A program made the position numbers and the translations under genes. 64,000 nt of DNA, from positions 52,700,001-52,764,000 of the forward strand of contig OX597822.1 in the NCBI GenBank assembly GCA_951406725.2, given 5' to 3'. Below are positions 38,973 through 51,129 of this stretch, one piece after another. Source of the stretch: Octopus vulgaris. Taxonomy: Eukaryota. The notes beneath the pieces were generated by a model that was not told the DNA's origin, ran no database searches, and saw only the letters and a program-made list of their open reading frames with translations. The first letter of the stretch is position 1. Each line of letters opens with the position of its first letter.

Positions 38973-39888
38973 AAATAACAACAATTATTGTTTCAAATCT
39001 ATACAACATGTTCTTTAACCTCAGTGCTCCTTTATTAAATACCAGTTAAATTCCAATTGCTCAATCTCCATAGATACCATCTAATAAGTTAATATTTAGA
39101 TAAATAATAAGTAAAAAAAAATATTAAACTATTTCTTTGTAATTTTCTTTTCCTCCCTCTATTGTGGTAAAATTTTGTATATACTCAAAATATTCAAAGA
39201 AATTTTATCCTTTTGTTATAATATCATTTTCTGAACCGATAGCCAAGGAGTCCTGTAACTACATTGTTATTTGCACTTCGTAGTCTTTTTCCCGAAGTTT
39301 GTGTGGTAAAAGCACCGGTTGTCTTGCTTAACTCCACCATGTCTCAGGGCCAACCCTATGGCGTTGACCATAACACTACTGGATAAAAAATGTTTGCCGC
39401 CAGAATGTATCCACCAACCTGTTTTTTAACGTGGTGTGTTTGTGCGTTGCTGGGGGTTGGGTTAAAATGTCCGGCACCCTTGTTGCCGTGTCTTCATCCA
39501 GTGCCGCAACTACGTACGGATATTTCGTTTGGTCCGAAGTTATTTTGCGTACCTTGAATTGCGCTCCGCCTGCGCGGCCCCATAGCTCAGCTCTTTTCGG
39601 CCAGAATTGTGGTAGCTTCTGTACCGCTGTTGTTGTTGTTGTTGCTGTTGTTAAGCAACGAGACGGGTAAGGGTGATTAGGTGATGGTCTAGGGCTTAGG
39701 GGCGAGAGACTCCAGACCTTGAAAAAAAAAACTTTGGTCGTCTTGGTGTAGTCGAGGGCTCTTCGTTGACGCTCGACTCCACTGGGAGGTGGCCCTCGAA
39801 GTCGCTGAAAATGGAGATCTCCCCTTTTATTTGCTGCTTATTTCGATGTGCGAAGCGAAAGCTGTCGTTCTTCTGTGGGGTCCCCAGT

Positions 39889-40274
39889 TATAGCTTTAGT
39901 CAAGTTATACACAAAAATATTAACAGGGACCCAGGTTATGTATTATTTTCAGCGTGTCAATCCAGTTTCACTTTTTCAGACTGCAGCTGGGAAAAAAGAA
40001 AACTTTTTTTCTGCAATCTAAAATTTTTACGTTTTCTTTCTCTAACATCTGCCAGCGCTTCATTGTTGAAGTAGAGAAATAAACCTACTATGGCTTTAGT
40101 TAAGCTATACACAAAAAGCATTAACGGGAGACCTAGATTGTGTAATATTTTTAGCGTCAATCAATTTTTTTTTTTCAGGCTGCAGCTGAGAAAAAATAGA
40201 CTTTTTTTTCTGCAATCTAAAATTTTTATGTATTCTTTCTCTAATACCTGCCAGCGCTTCATTGTTTGAAGTAG
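39889..40274. repeat. Diverged ~200-bp tandem duplication
   Basis: GCTTTAGT.AAG.TATACACAAAAA...CTGCAATCTAAAATTTTTA...GCCAGCGCTTCATTGTT occurs twice. Confidence 0.85.
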
Positions 40275-40550
40275 TTTGATGTGGCGTACCAGCAGTTTGA
40301 TGTGGCGTACCAGCAGTTTTTTCCCCAATGTGCCAGGGACCGGTAATATTTCTTAGTAATATGAATTTATACCGGAAACAATATATATAATGAATATAAT
40401 AAAAGCTGACAATTTTTTTCTATCTTATATTTATTTTGTAAACAAACAATACAATATTACATAAGCATTTTATAATGTTTCTTTCTTTTCTGGAAACTCG
40501 CAGCGTACCGGCAGCCGATGGCTCGCGGGCCACCAGTTTGAGTAGCACTG
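40275..40550. mobile_element. hAT (Charlie-like) MITE end
   Basis: Terminus CCAGTTTGAGTAGCACTG followed by CCCTA; subterminal GTACCGG/GTACCAG repeats. Confidence 0.55.
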
Positions 40551-40582
40551 CCCTACAATACGATTTATTTGTAACACTAAAT

Positions 40583-41085
40583 TCTTTTACTTGTTTCAGT
40601 CATTGAACAGCGTCCATGCTGGAATACTGCCTTGAAGAGTCCATCAGTACTTATTTTTTTTGAAGTCCGGTACTTATTCTGTCGATCTTTTTCGCTGACC
40701 ATTAAGTTACGCGTACATACACAAACCAACTCCGGAGGCCAAACACTGGGGGATGGGAACACAGAAAGACACGTATACATACATACACACATGCATACAT
40801 GCATAATACAAACATACATACATACGTACATCCATACATAATACAAACATACATACATACATCCATCCATACATACATCCATACATACATACATACAAGC
40901 ACGTGCTCACACATACATGCAATGGGCTTTCATACTGTGTCCGCCTACCAAAGTCACTCGCAAAGCATAATTAGGCTCAGGGCTATAGCAGAAGTCACTT
41001 GACCAAGGTGCCTCGCAGCGGATCTGAACTCGAAACCACGTGTTTCCCAGCGTACTTCTTAACCACACACCCTATTCCTGTACCC
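40583..41085 (-). mobile_element. SINE family A, diverged
   Basis: Tail, central (CATA)n and head. Confidence 0.8.
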
Positions 41086-41469
41086 TTTATATAAAAAAAT
41101 TGGGTATTCACTTGCCAAATCAAAAAAACAGATAAATGAAAAGAGCTTGTATAATTTATTCGCCACATACCTTCGAGAATTTCTTTGGGGTAAGGAAGCT
41201 GAAGTACCCTTTCTTTGATTTAATTTCTGGAAGCAACATTACTATAATTTGGTGCATATTGTAAATAACGTAATTTAAAAAAAGTACCAAAATCTCAATT
41301 TCTATAAATCATATAAAGTTAAAAATATGTTTTACATATTGTTTATTCAAAGTTGTAAATAATTCGTCACGACAGAAAAAAAGAAACCATACAAAGTGCA
41401 TCCCATAAGTTTTGAGTCTTTTTCAGGCGAGAAATTTATTAATTAAAAAAAAAAAAGTGCACAACTATA

Positions 41470-42100
41470 GGCGCAGGAGTGGCTGTATGGTAAGTAGCTT
41501 GCTTACCAACCACATGATTCCGGGTTGGGCAAGTGTCTTCTACTATAGCCTCGGGCCGACCAAAGCCTTGTGAGTGGATTTGGTAGATGGAAACTGAAAG
41601 AAGCCCGTCGTATATATGTATATATATATGTTTCTTTATTACCCACAAGGGGCTAAACATAGAGGGGACAAACAAGAACAGACAAACGGATTAAGTTGAT
41701 TACATCGACCCCAGTGCGTAACTGGTACTTAATTTATCGACCCCGAAAGGATGAAAGGCAAAGTCGACCTCGGCGGAATTTGAACTCAGAACGCCAAGAC
41801 AGACGAAATACGGCTACGCATTTCGCCCGGCGTGCTAACGATTCTGCCAGCTCGCCGCCTATAATGTATATATATATGTGTATGTGTGTGTGTGTGTTTG
41901 TGTGTCTGTATTTGTCTCCCCACCCCAACACCGCTTGACAACCGATGCTGGTGTGTTTACGTTCCTGTAACTTAGCAGTTCGGCAAAAGAGACCAATAGA
42001 ATAAGTACTAGGCTTACAAAGAATAAGTACTGGAGTCGATTTGCTCGACTAAAGGCGGTGCTCCAGCATGGCCACAGTCAAATGACTGAAACAGTTAAAA
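41470..42100 (+). mobile_element. SINE A with SINE B (-) nested at 41631-41860
   Basis: B copy inserted in the central TA-rich tract of A. Confidence 0.9.
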
Positions 42101-42109
42101 AAACTATTC

Positions 42110-42600
42110 TCTTTCAAAATCGAATCCTCTTAATGCGCTTGTTGTAGTGCTGCAACCACTTCGTAAAAAGCTCCATGAAAGTTCTCTAGAGTAAAGGGGT
42201 CCAGGAAACCTTGTCACATTCTCATTCATCTTCTCGTTCAGCTTGGGGAACAGCCAAAAGTCACAGGGTGCTAGGTTTGTTGGGAGAGTGAGAGTCAGTT
42301 TTAAGTCCCACCTCTGTCAAGCAGTTGGTTACCAGGATAGAATTGTGAACTGGTCCATTGTCCTGATACAGGTGTTATGGCCTTTTGCGTCGAAATCTCT
42401 TCCTGAAGTCCCTCAGCCCCCCCCCTCCCCCCAAAGTACTCTTTGTTGGCTGTCTGGCCAGAGAGAACTCAGTGTATGTAGATGGTACCACTGCTGTCGA
42501 AAAAGGGGATCATCATGAACCTCTCAGTGGACGTGCATTACCTAGCCTCTTATGTCAGCGAAAAATGAGGTGCTCGGCTCATAATAAGTTAACCCATAAG
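42110..42600 (-). mobile_element. Old mariner transposase fragment
   Basis: Minus strand resembles the QDNxPxH and LAPCDFWLFPKL motifs. Confidence 0.55.
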
Positions 42601-42671
42601 CAGGCTTATGCATTTCATGAGTTTCTGTAGCGTTTTTTGTCCTGTTTAACACAAATCTATATTGCATAGTG

Positions 42672-43018
42672 TGGAGGCGCAATGGCCCAGTGGTTATGGC
42701 AGCAGACTCGTGGTCGGAGGATCGCGGTTTCGATTCCCAGACCGGGCGCTGTGTGTGTTTATTGAGCAAAAACACCGGGCGTTGTGTGTTTATTGAGTGA
42801 AAACACTAAAAGCTCCACGACGCTCCGGCAGGGGCTGGTGGCGACCCCTGTTGTACTCTTTCGCCACAACTTTCTCTCACTCTTTCTTCCTGTCTCTTGA
42901 GTAACGCTGAGATGGACTGACCTCCCGTCCAGCTGGGTGGAACACATGCGCCACAGAAACCGGGAAACCGGTCCCATGAACCTGGCTAGGCTTGAAAAGG
43001 GCGACAAAGGAGAAAAAG
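42672..43018 (+). mobile_element. SINE family C
   Basis: 12-bp TSD TATTGCATAGTG; internal ~31-bp duplication. Confidence 0.9.
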
Positions 43019-43185
43019 TATTGCATAGTGAGCTCCAGATTGCTTTCAATTCCCAACCACATTGTGCAGACTAGTCAGCTGTCACAAGCATTGTTCAAAG
43101 TGCTCTTACAGCTGTCTCCTTTAATCTGTAATAACAAAAGTTGGCAAGTCAGCTTATTAGAAATATTAAAAAAAAAAAAATAATA

Positions 43186-43437
43186 AATGCGCCCTTTTTT
43201 AAAGCCTAGCCAGGCTCATGGGATTCGTTTCCTGGTTTCAATGGCGTATGTGTTCCCCAGCTGAACGAGACGCCAGTCCATCGCAGTGTTACTCATTTTT
43301 GCCAGTTGAGTGGACTGGAGCAACGTGAAATGAAGTATTTTGCTCAAGAGCATAACGCGTCACCCGGTCCAGGAATCAAAACCACAATCTTACGATCATG
43401 ATGCTGACACCCTAACCACTAAGCCTCGCGCCTCCAC
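43186..43437 (-). mobile_element. SINE family C (27390-type)
   Basis: Reverse complement of 27390-27647. Confidence 0.9.
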
Positions 43438-44108
43438 TATAAAAGATATAGTAATAATATATGAAAATCACAATAACCTAGGATAGTTGTAACTGCCTTT
43501 CCAAAAACGTCTCGAAACTTCTGGAGCGCATCTTATATAGCAACACTAATTATGTATGCTGTTGATTTCGTAGGTTGCAAACTTGAGCAAGATGGTCCCT
43601 TTTATCTGCTGCAGATGCTGTTTCAGTGTCACAATACGTGCTTCGTATAACATCAGTTCAGATTTAAGACTACAGTCACTATTCTTGCGTGGGAAGTATA
43701 ACTTGTCTACATCCCGTTGATGCTCACGTTTCCAGTAACACTGGTAGCTTGCGATATCGTACGTCTATCTCATTCAGCTAATGCAATTAAAAGTTTAAGT
43801 GCCAAATGTAGGCGTAAAGAGTGGCACTGCAAAGCTGTTGGGGGCAATATGTTTTTTGCAAGGTGACCATTTTTCAAAACACTCTTCAGGTATTCATTTC
43901 TTGTCCTCTCCTTATTGATGGGTCCATTACTGCTGGCACTCTCATCATGTCCAAGATGTTTGTAGCTTTCCCCAGAGAACAGAGGATGCTACTTTGCCGC
44001 GTGATCTACAAGGGAGATTACTTTAGGTTACTTTTTAGATCATTTTGTACATACTTAGCATTGTAAATGCATTTTTCAAACCAGCGTTTACAAACTAGTA
44101 TTTTTGCT

Positions 44109-44154
<46 letters not shown>

Positions 44155-44160
<6 letters not shown>

Positions 44161-44467
44161 CGTGATCACCAATACCGACCAGGCTATCAGATGTTGTTAC
44201 ACATCGCTGGTCACAATGCGCTTTGCATTGTTTTAGCCTTCAGATGACGCCACCCCGCTGGCTAAGCGAGCAGGCCAACAGAAGAAAGAGTGAAAGAAAT
44301 TTGTGGCGAAAGAGTACAGCAGGGATCGCCACCACCCCCGCCGGAGCCTCGTGGAGCTTTAGGTGTTTTCGCTCAATAAACATTCACAATGCCCGGTCTG
44401 GGAAACGAAGCCGCGATCCTACGACAGCGAGTCCGCTGCCCTAACTACTGGGCCATTGCGCCTCCAC
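44155..44467 (-). mobile_element. SINE family C head and body with a different 3' tail
   Basis: Matches the 42672 copy through ACTCTTTCTTC, then diverges. Confidence 0.8.
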
Positions 44468-44494
44468 ACAGACATACACATACACACACACATT

Positions 44495-44536
<42 letters not shown>

Positions 44537-44539
44537 TAC

Positions 44540-45480
44540 ACACATATCTGTTTGCCTTAAACAGGAGTACAACGTTTTCACTTACTTGGAAATAGGCTTC
44601 CGGTTTTCTACATAAACCTAAATCCTCTGATAACACTTGCGGGAACTTTTTTTTCAATTGTTTTCTTCAGTTCTTCCGAAGACTTGTTTTTAACGGGTCA
44701 ACCATTTACGTTATTGCAATAAAGATTTATGGAGAGGTGCCATAAATCGAAGAGTTCTAACCAGTCTCTGACAAACAGATTGATTGTATTATCCACAACG
44801 AATGATTTTGCTTCGCGTGTCCCTCCTCGAAATGTGACGTTGATATGTGTTTTGCCCATGAAATGTAATTTATCACTCATTACACCACGCGCTATTTTCG
44901 CTGTTTTACGTAATCTTGGTTTACCAATTTTTTCCCCAAGTATCCGCATTTATAATCGAGATGTCACTACCTGTGTCTAACTGTAATTTGGTATTCACAT
45001 CATTTATTTTTACGTGCACGAATTTTCTTGTTTTTTCCGTCGCAATCACTCTCTGCTGCAAACACCTTAGAACTTTTTGTGTTTGAGCCTAGTAGTCATG
45101 CTACTACAATGAGAACTTCTGAGACCCAGCTTCTGACAACTATAGCACTTTTTGTTTTCAAACGGACAGTCGTTTTTTTAATGTAGGCCTCCATAACTAT
45201 AACACGGATTGGGACCAGACACTTTTTTTTGTGTTTCCCAGGAAGGCACATTTGAATTTTTGCAAAGTCTGTATCTTGTATTTTCTTACGCCATATTTAA
45301 GATTTACTATAGTCTGATATTCTTCTGCGATGGTATGTAGAGATAAATGCTGGTTCGCCTACTCCATTTTCGAGAGAATCCTTGCCTGAATTTCTCTACA
45401 GGTGCTGTAAGTCCTTGCACGAAGATAAGTGATTTGAATCTATCTTGAGTAAGATCCTGTAGTTTGAAAATTTCGCACAT
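44540..45480 (-). mobile_element. Gypsy (Mag-like) gag-protease fragment
   Basis: Paired zinc-knuckle remnant (PNPCYSYGGLH...CPFENKKCYSCQKLG..SSHC) and aspartic protease LQLDTGSD. Confidence 0.85.
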
Positions 45481-45574
45481 ACGGTTATTAGATCAGTGAT
45501 GTGTGTCACTTTGAAAACTATATATTTTCGAACGGGAATTCAACACCGACACCTAGCCAAGCAGCTACTCTGTA

Positions 45575-46290
45575 GCATTAAGCACGGACAGTAGCGAGGC
45601 TAAGGTGTTGGGAAAACCAAGCGCCCTCACGGGCATCACCTGACACCTCGGTAAGGTGAGCTGCCAACGTTGACAAGAACTTCACGGTTAGTGGCTCAGT
45701 CCCTATGAACGTGTCAAACGCCACAGGTTGCAAGAGACAGTTCACTGTCAGGTCCCGATACTTCAGGATTTTCTTCCGTTCGGCTACAGAAGCAGTAACC
45801 CTCCTATTAACTGCAGCATCCAGGATGTGGGAAGGAACAAAAGGGTTGCAGACTGTGGCGTCCCAAATGAGACATTTACCTCTAACCCAGGGACAAAAGG
45901 TAAGACCATCTGGTCTCTTTCCATCACTTCTAGATAACCCCGACGGCTCCAGAACTGAGGGGATATTAATCCGAGCCAGGGCTTGCTCAATGATTAGGTT
46001 TAGCTCGGTGTGACGAGAGAAGCTAACAGCATTTAGACGGTAAGACAGACCGTGAAGACCTGTGAGGTCGAGGTGCCTACCACAGCAGCATCTCAATCCC
46101 TTTAAAAATGTCAGGTCCCACTCTGAGAGCGATGGAGATGCGGAGTTAATCTAGAATGAGTAGACCTCCAATGTTGGCCACAGGTAGGGCATCAATCCAG
46201 TCTCCTGAGAATTTTGCACTGTCTGAAAGTAGGCGACACCTTGAGAATTGATCTGATTGATCGAGGAGAGAGATGAAATATGCGCAGAAT
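45575..46290 (-). mobile_element. CRE-like non-LTR retrotransposon C-terminal fragment (zinc finger + restriction-like endonuclease)
   Basis: CCCG...GLHGLS...SRHTELN...EPSGLSRSDGKRPDGLT..PW..GKCLIWDATV. Confidence 0.85.
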
Positions 46291-46488
46291 ACAGTGGATG
46301 GGATCTATACAAAAGCAGCAACTAAGGAAAAATATCGACTTTACAAATTCAATCTTTTGAAATATTATCAATCACATAACAGAAAGTTGTCTTCAAGACA
46401 GGATATGGTGTTATCTGACACAAAATTTCAGTAAAATTATACTTTTATCTAAAGATAAAAATTTTTTAATAATTCCAAACAGATAAGT

Positions 46489-46890
46489 CTTTTACTCTCT
46501 TTTACTTGTTTCAGTCATTTGACTGTGGCTATTCTGGAGCACCACCTTTAGTCGAGCAATCGAACCCAGGACTTATTCTTTGTAAACCTAGTACTTATTC
46601 TATCGGTCTCTTTTGCCGAACCGCTAAGTTACGGGGACGTAAACACACCAGCATCGGTTGTCAAGCGATGTTGGGGGTACAAACACAGACACATAAGCAT
46701 ACATACATATATATATACACATATATACGACGGGCTTCTTTCAGTTTCTGTCTACCAAATCCACTCACAAGGCTTTGGTCGGCCCGAGGCCATAGTAGAA
46801 GACACTTGCCCAAGTGCCACGCAGTGGGATGAACCCGGAACCATGTGGTTGGTAAGCAAGCTACTTACCACACAGCCACTCCTACGCCTA
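46489..46890 (-). mobile_element. SINE family A, full length
   Basis: Near-consensus copy. Confidence 0.9.
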
Positions 46891-47209
46891 GATAACTGGA
46901 TTTTTTTCCCTAAACTCAGTTAATAGTCAAATATCCAAAAAGTTTAAGGTTCAATATTGAAACTAAAGCTATTGTTGTTGACTCCAATAGGCAATATCAC
47001 TATCATTAAGTGAATTTTGTTTGTTGAAAGAAACTTATACATGTCCATCTCTTTGTTATAAATTCGATACAAATAGGGGTTGGTTAGTTGATTTCTCCAG
47101 TAACGCTTTATATATTGTCAATAAAGTTTAAGGAAATAAATATTGTCCTTTTGAAAGCTAGTGTTCATTTCATCAAATTTCTATAAGCAACAAGAAATTT
47201 AATAATAGA

Positions 47210-47607
47210 CTAGCAGTATCGCCCGGCGTTGCTCGGGTTTGTAAGGGAAATAACTATATAACCATTTTTAGAGAGTTATAGCCAAAAAATAGCAAAAGAA
47301 ATGCATTAAAAATGGAAAAAAAACGATGGTAAATTTTTTTTTAAATCGTTGACTCATCGTAGACATTTTTAGAGAGTTACTTCCCTTATATAATAGCGAA
47401 AAATGCATTAAAATGGAAAAAAATGATGGTAAATTGTTTTTTAAATTGTAGACTCATCGTAGACGCGCGCTAATACCCAGAAGGGCTCGATATGAATCAC
47501 GACTATAAGATACCCGGTTTTGGTTAAACTTCACCGCAAAATGTGGGAGTAGTTAGGAATCTAAATCGTAGGAGACAGACACACAACCTTACTTTTATAT
47601 ATAAAGA
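47210..47607 (-). mobile_element. Non-autonomous Helitron
   Basis: Minus strand A|TCTTTATATAT...CCCGAGCAACGCCGGGCG hairpin...CTAG|T; internal ~100-bp tandem repeat. Confidence 0.85.
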
Positions 47608-48372
47608 TATACTATAATAATTGTGCGTGTGCCATATTTCTTGACATTACCCATAATGATAAAAGTTATTATATGACGGGTAGCACTCTAGTTCAAACAT
47701 AAATTCGTTCATTATCTAGAGGAGTTTGTGGTGGGGAAGAGGATCAAGTTTGTTTAACATGATAGTGTCTGACAAGCAAACGGGCGATGATATTGATTCG
47801 GGAATAAAGCTACCGTTATATTTAATTAAAGCCGTAACTGATAAAGTCAGTAAATACTCGTCCATTGATGGTTGTCTATATTTCGCTTCTCTTTCTTTTC
47901 CGAAAACAGCTGGTGTTTGCTTATATCCTCCGAAATATTGCCCACTACAGAAATTGCTAGATATCTAAATGGGAACATCTAATTTCTTTTTAACACCTGG
48001 TTATAGGTTTTATCAGTTGTAAACCTTACCAAATATGATAATTTTGGTTTTAATACACGGTTTCAGATAACAAGTTTTGGAAAGCAATTTCGAAATCGAC
48101 ACTGTTTACCGTCTAATAACTATGAAAATGTACTGACTGAAAAGACTTGCCGTTCAATTTCTAGACAATTCTGTTTTTCTATATTTATATTTATATTTTA
48201 TATATATTTTTATATTTTATCTAGTTTCAGCTCACGAGCTGTGGCCATGCTGGGGCACCGCCATATACTAACGAATGTACTACCTTATACATTTACAAAG
48301 TGATTATTTCATTACTATTTCGGCAAATACAATAAACTTAGATTTCGAAAAGAAGGTCGTAATTAGATCGGA

Positions 48373-48670
48373 GTGGAGGCGCAATGGCCCAGTGGTTAGG
48401 GCAGCGGACACGTGATCGGAGGATCGCGGTTTCGATTACCAGACCGGGCGTTGTGTATTTATTGAGCAAAAACACCTAAAAGCTCCACGAGGCTCCGGCA
48501 GGAGGTGGGGTGGTGGCGACCCCTGTTGTACTCTTTCGCTCCAACTTTCTCTCACTCTATCTCTTCCTGTTTCTTGACTAACACTGCGATGGACTGGGAA
48601 CACATACGCCACAGAAACCGGGAAACCGGGCCCATGAGCCTTGCTAGGCTTGAAAAGGGCGCATAAAATA
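48373..48670 (+). mobile_element. SINE family C
   Basis: Similar to 42672-43018. Confidence 0.9.
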
Positions 48671-48945
48671 AAGAACGGAAGATGTGCGGAGTTATCTCCC
48701 ATGCTTGCTCTCAAAATGGGAAGATTATTAGTCTGCGACTAATACTGATTTACTTGTTTCAGTCATTGGATTAGGACCATGCTGGGGCATCGTCTTGAAC
48801 GGTTTTAGTCGAACTAATGACCCCAGTAATCATGTTTTCGTCTGGTATTTATTGATGCCTTTTGCAGAGCCGCTATATTATGGAGACGTAAATAGGCCAA
48901 CACCAGTTGCTCGGCGGTGCTGGGGAAAAACAAAGACACACACAA

Positions 48946-48976
<31 letters not shown>

Positions 48977-49084
48977 TGTATGTATGTATGTATGTATGTA
49001 TGTATGTATGTATGTATGTATGTATGTATGTATGTATGTATGTATGTATGTGTGTGTACATATATACAATAGACTTCCACACAG

Positions 49085-49406
49085 GTACTGATCAAAAAAG
49101 ACACAAACAAGGGGTACGTAATCGACAACTTTAGGCCCATCACTCTGCGTAACGCAGATCTGAAGATTCTGGCCAAGGTTTCAGTAAAAAGGATGGCGAA
49201 AGTCGTGGACGGTATCGTCGTGGAGGCGCAAACCTGCGTCATCCCCAGCAGGACCATACATGATAATCTCCACCTTATACGCTATGCCTTAGAAAGAGTA
49301 AATAGGATTCTTGGCACGGGTGGAGAGTAGGTCCATTTAGACCAATCTAAAGCCCTTGATAGAGTAGGCCATCGGTATCTGGCGGTGGTCCTCGAGGCGG
49401 CCGGGA
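49085..49406 (+). mobile_element. Tx1/L1 RT fragment
   Basis: IDNFRPITLRNADLKILAKV...AQTCVIPSRTIHDNLHLIR...LDQSKALDRV. Confidence 0.85.
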
Positions 49407-49419
49407 GTGAATTTTAGGG

Positions 49420-50390
49420 CTTATAAATTTAATATTTTTCTATCCTTCCTTAATACCGGTTCCCATATGCTGTTCATATCTGTACTCAGTCTGCTTAGGA
49501 GGTTGTTGTGTCCTAGCATATGTGCTGCTTCTTTTAGTTTTAGTATTTTCCAGTGGGGTTCTCTGTCTATTATTTTAACTTCATCCCACAGGGGGAGGTG
49601 GTCTCCATTTTTCCATACATGATCTGCTACACCCGATTTATCAATATCTCCCCGTGTCACAGCTTTGCGATGTTCATCTACCCTTTTTTTGAGGGGCCAC
49701 CATGTTTCGCCTTTCTATAACCTACCACAGCTGCATAGGATGGAGTAAATGCAGTTCTTAGTCATATTCTCTTCTATTGGTGGTTTTACTCGAAGGAGAT
49801 ATTTGCGAAGTGTTGTATTACTCTTGAATACTATCCTGATGTCATATGGGCTGTATATCTTTTGTATCTTTTCGGAGAGGCCTTTCACATAGGGTAGACA
49901 GACTGTGGACAGTTTATCAGTTTCATCCCCTCTTTTCTTCCTAATTGGAGCGGAAAGCATGCTTTTGGTGTAGTTGTTGCTTAATAGATTGTTACTGAGC
50001 TTCATCATTTTTTCATAGTGGGTATCACGATCGCTACTTATATTCATTGCTCGATGTTTTAGGCACTGAGTAATCCCTCTCTTTACACTGTATGGATGGT
50101 GGGAGTTGAAGTTGCGGTAGAGTCCAGTGAAGGTTCGGCTTTCGGTATACGGATGTCCTGAATCCATACTTGGTGTGTGTTATTAATACGTCCAGGAATG
50201 CTAACTGATTGTCTTTTTTTCCCATTGTGAACTTTATGGATGGCTTTATTGAGTTCACATGATCTAACAGCGCTTGGACATCTTCCTGGTGGGGCCAGAG
50301 TATGAAGGGGTCATCAATATATCGCAGCTATAGGGTTGGTTTTAGTGGTGTTGATCCTAAAGCCAACTTCTCAAAGTATTCTTTTTTTTG
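49420..50390 (-). mobile_element. Penelope-like RT + GIY-YIG endonuclease pseudogene
   Basis: LRYIDD, IKFT, LAFLDV, VYRKP, SHHP, LPYVKGLSEKI, CIYSILCSCG, SGVADH, LKEAAH; frameshifted. Confidence 0.9.
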
Positions 50391-50463
50391 ACCAGTGTTA
50401 TTCTTATCGTAGTTTACAAATCCAAGCATGAAAACGTTACTCAACTTTGGAGTTTTGGAGACA

Positions 50464-50509
<46 letters not shown>

Positions 50510-50515
50510 ACCCCC

Positions 50516-50546
<31 letters not shown>

Positions 50547-51129
50547 GAATGCATAAATGTACTTATAAACTTATATATGAATACATACATCCACATGCAC
50601 TAATATATCAATGATGTACACAAATACATGACAGGTGTACATAATACTGAAATACGCATAAAGTAAACACACGCAGACAAATATATTCATATAACAAATT
50701 TTAAAAATAATAAAAACATACAATCAATGAAGGTACAAAAGAAACAGTAAAATGATACATATTGATTTTATTAGGTATTTCTGTTTATTTAGAAACCTAC
50801 AATGAAGAGGTCATTTCATAGACGCTAAACTATAGATTTCACAAGGTACAACCTTAATGTAAACACCGCTCCGCTAACCGCAGAAAATTTCTGTCTCGCT
50901 ATTGGCTAAAAATACAGAGTTTTTTCTGATCTTTAAACCTCTGTAACTCTTTCCTCCAATTTTTCCTCCGTAACATACCTTCATAACAATGAGACTGGAA
51001 GATTACATTATTATAACCTATTTTCAGATTTTTTTTTTTACTTCCTTTTAAGAAATGCATATTTTGCGAATGAAAAAAAAAAAAAAACTAGATCCAAAGT
51101 CTATTGCTGAAAGTGAAAAAAAGATGTGC

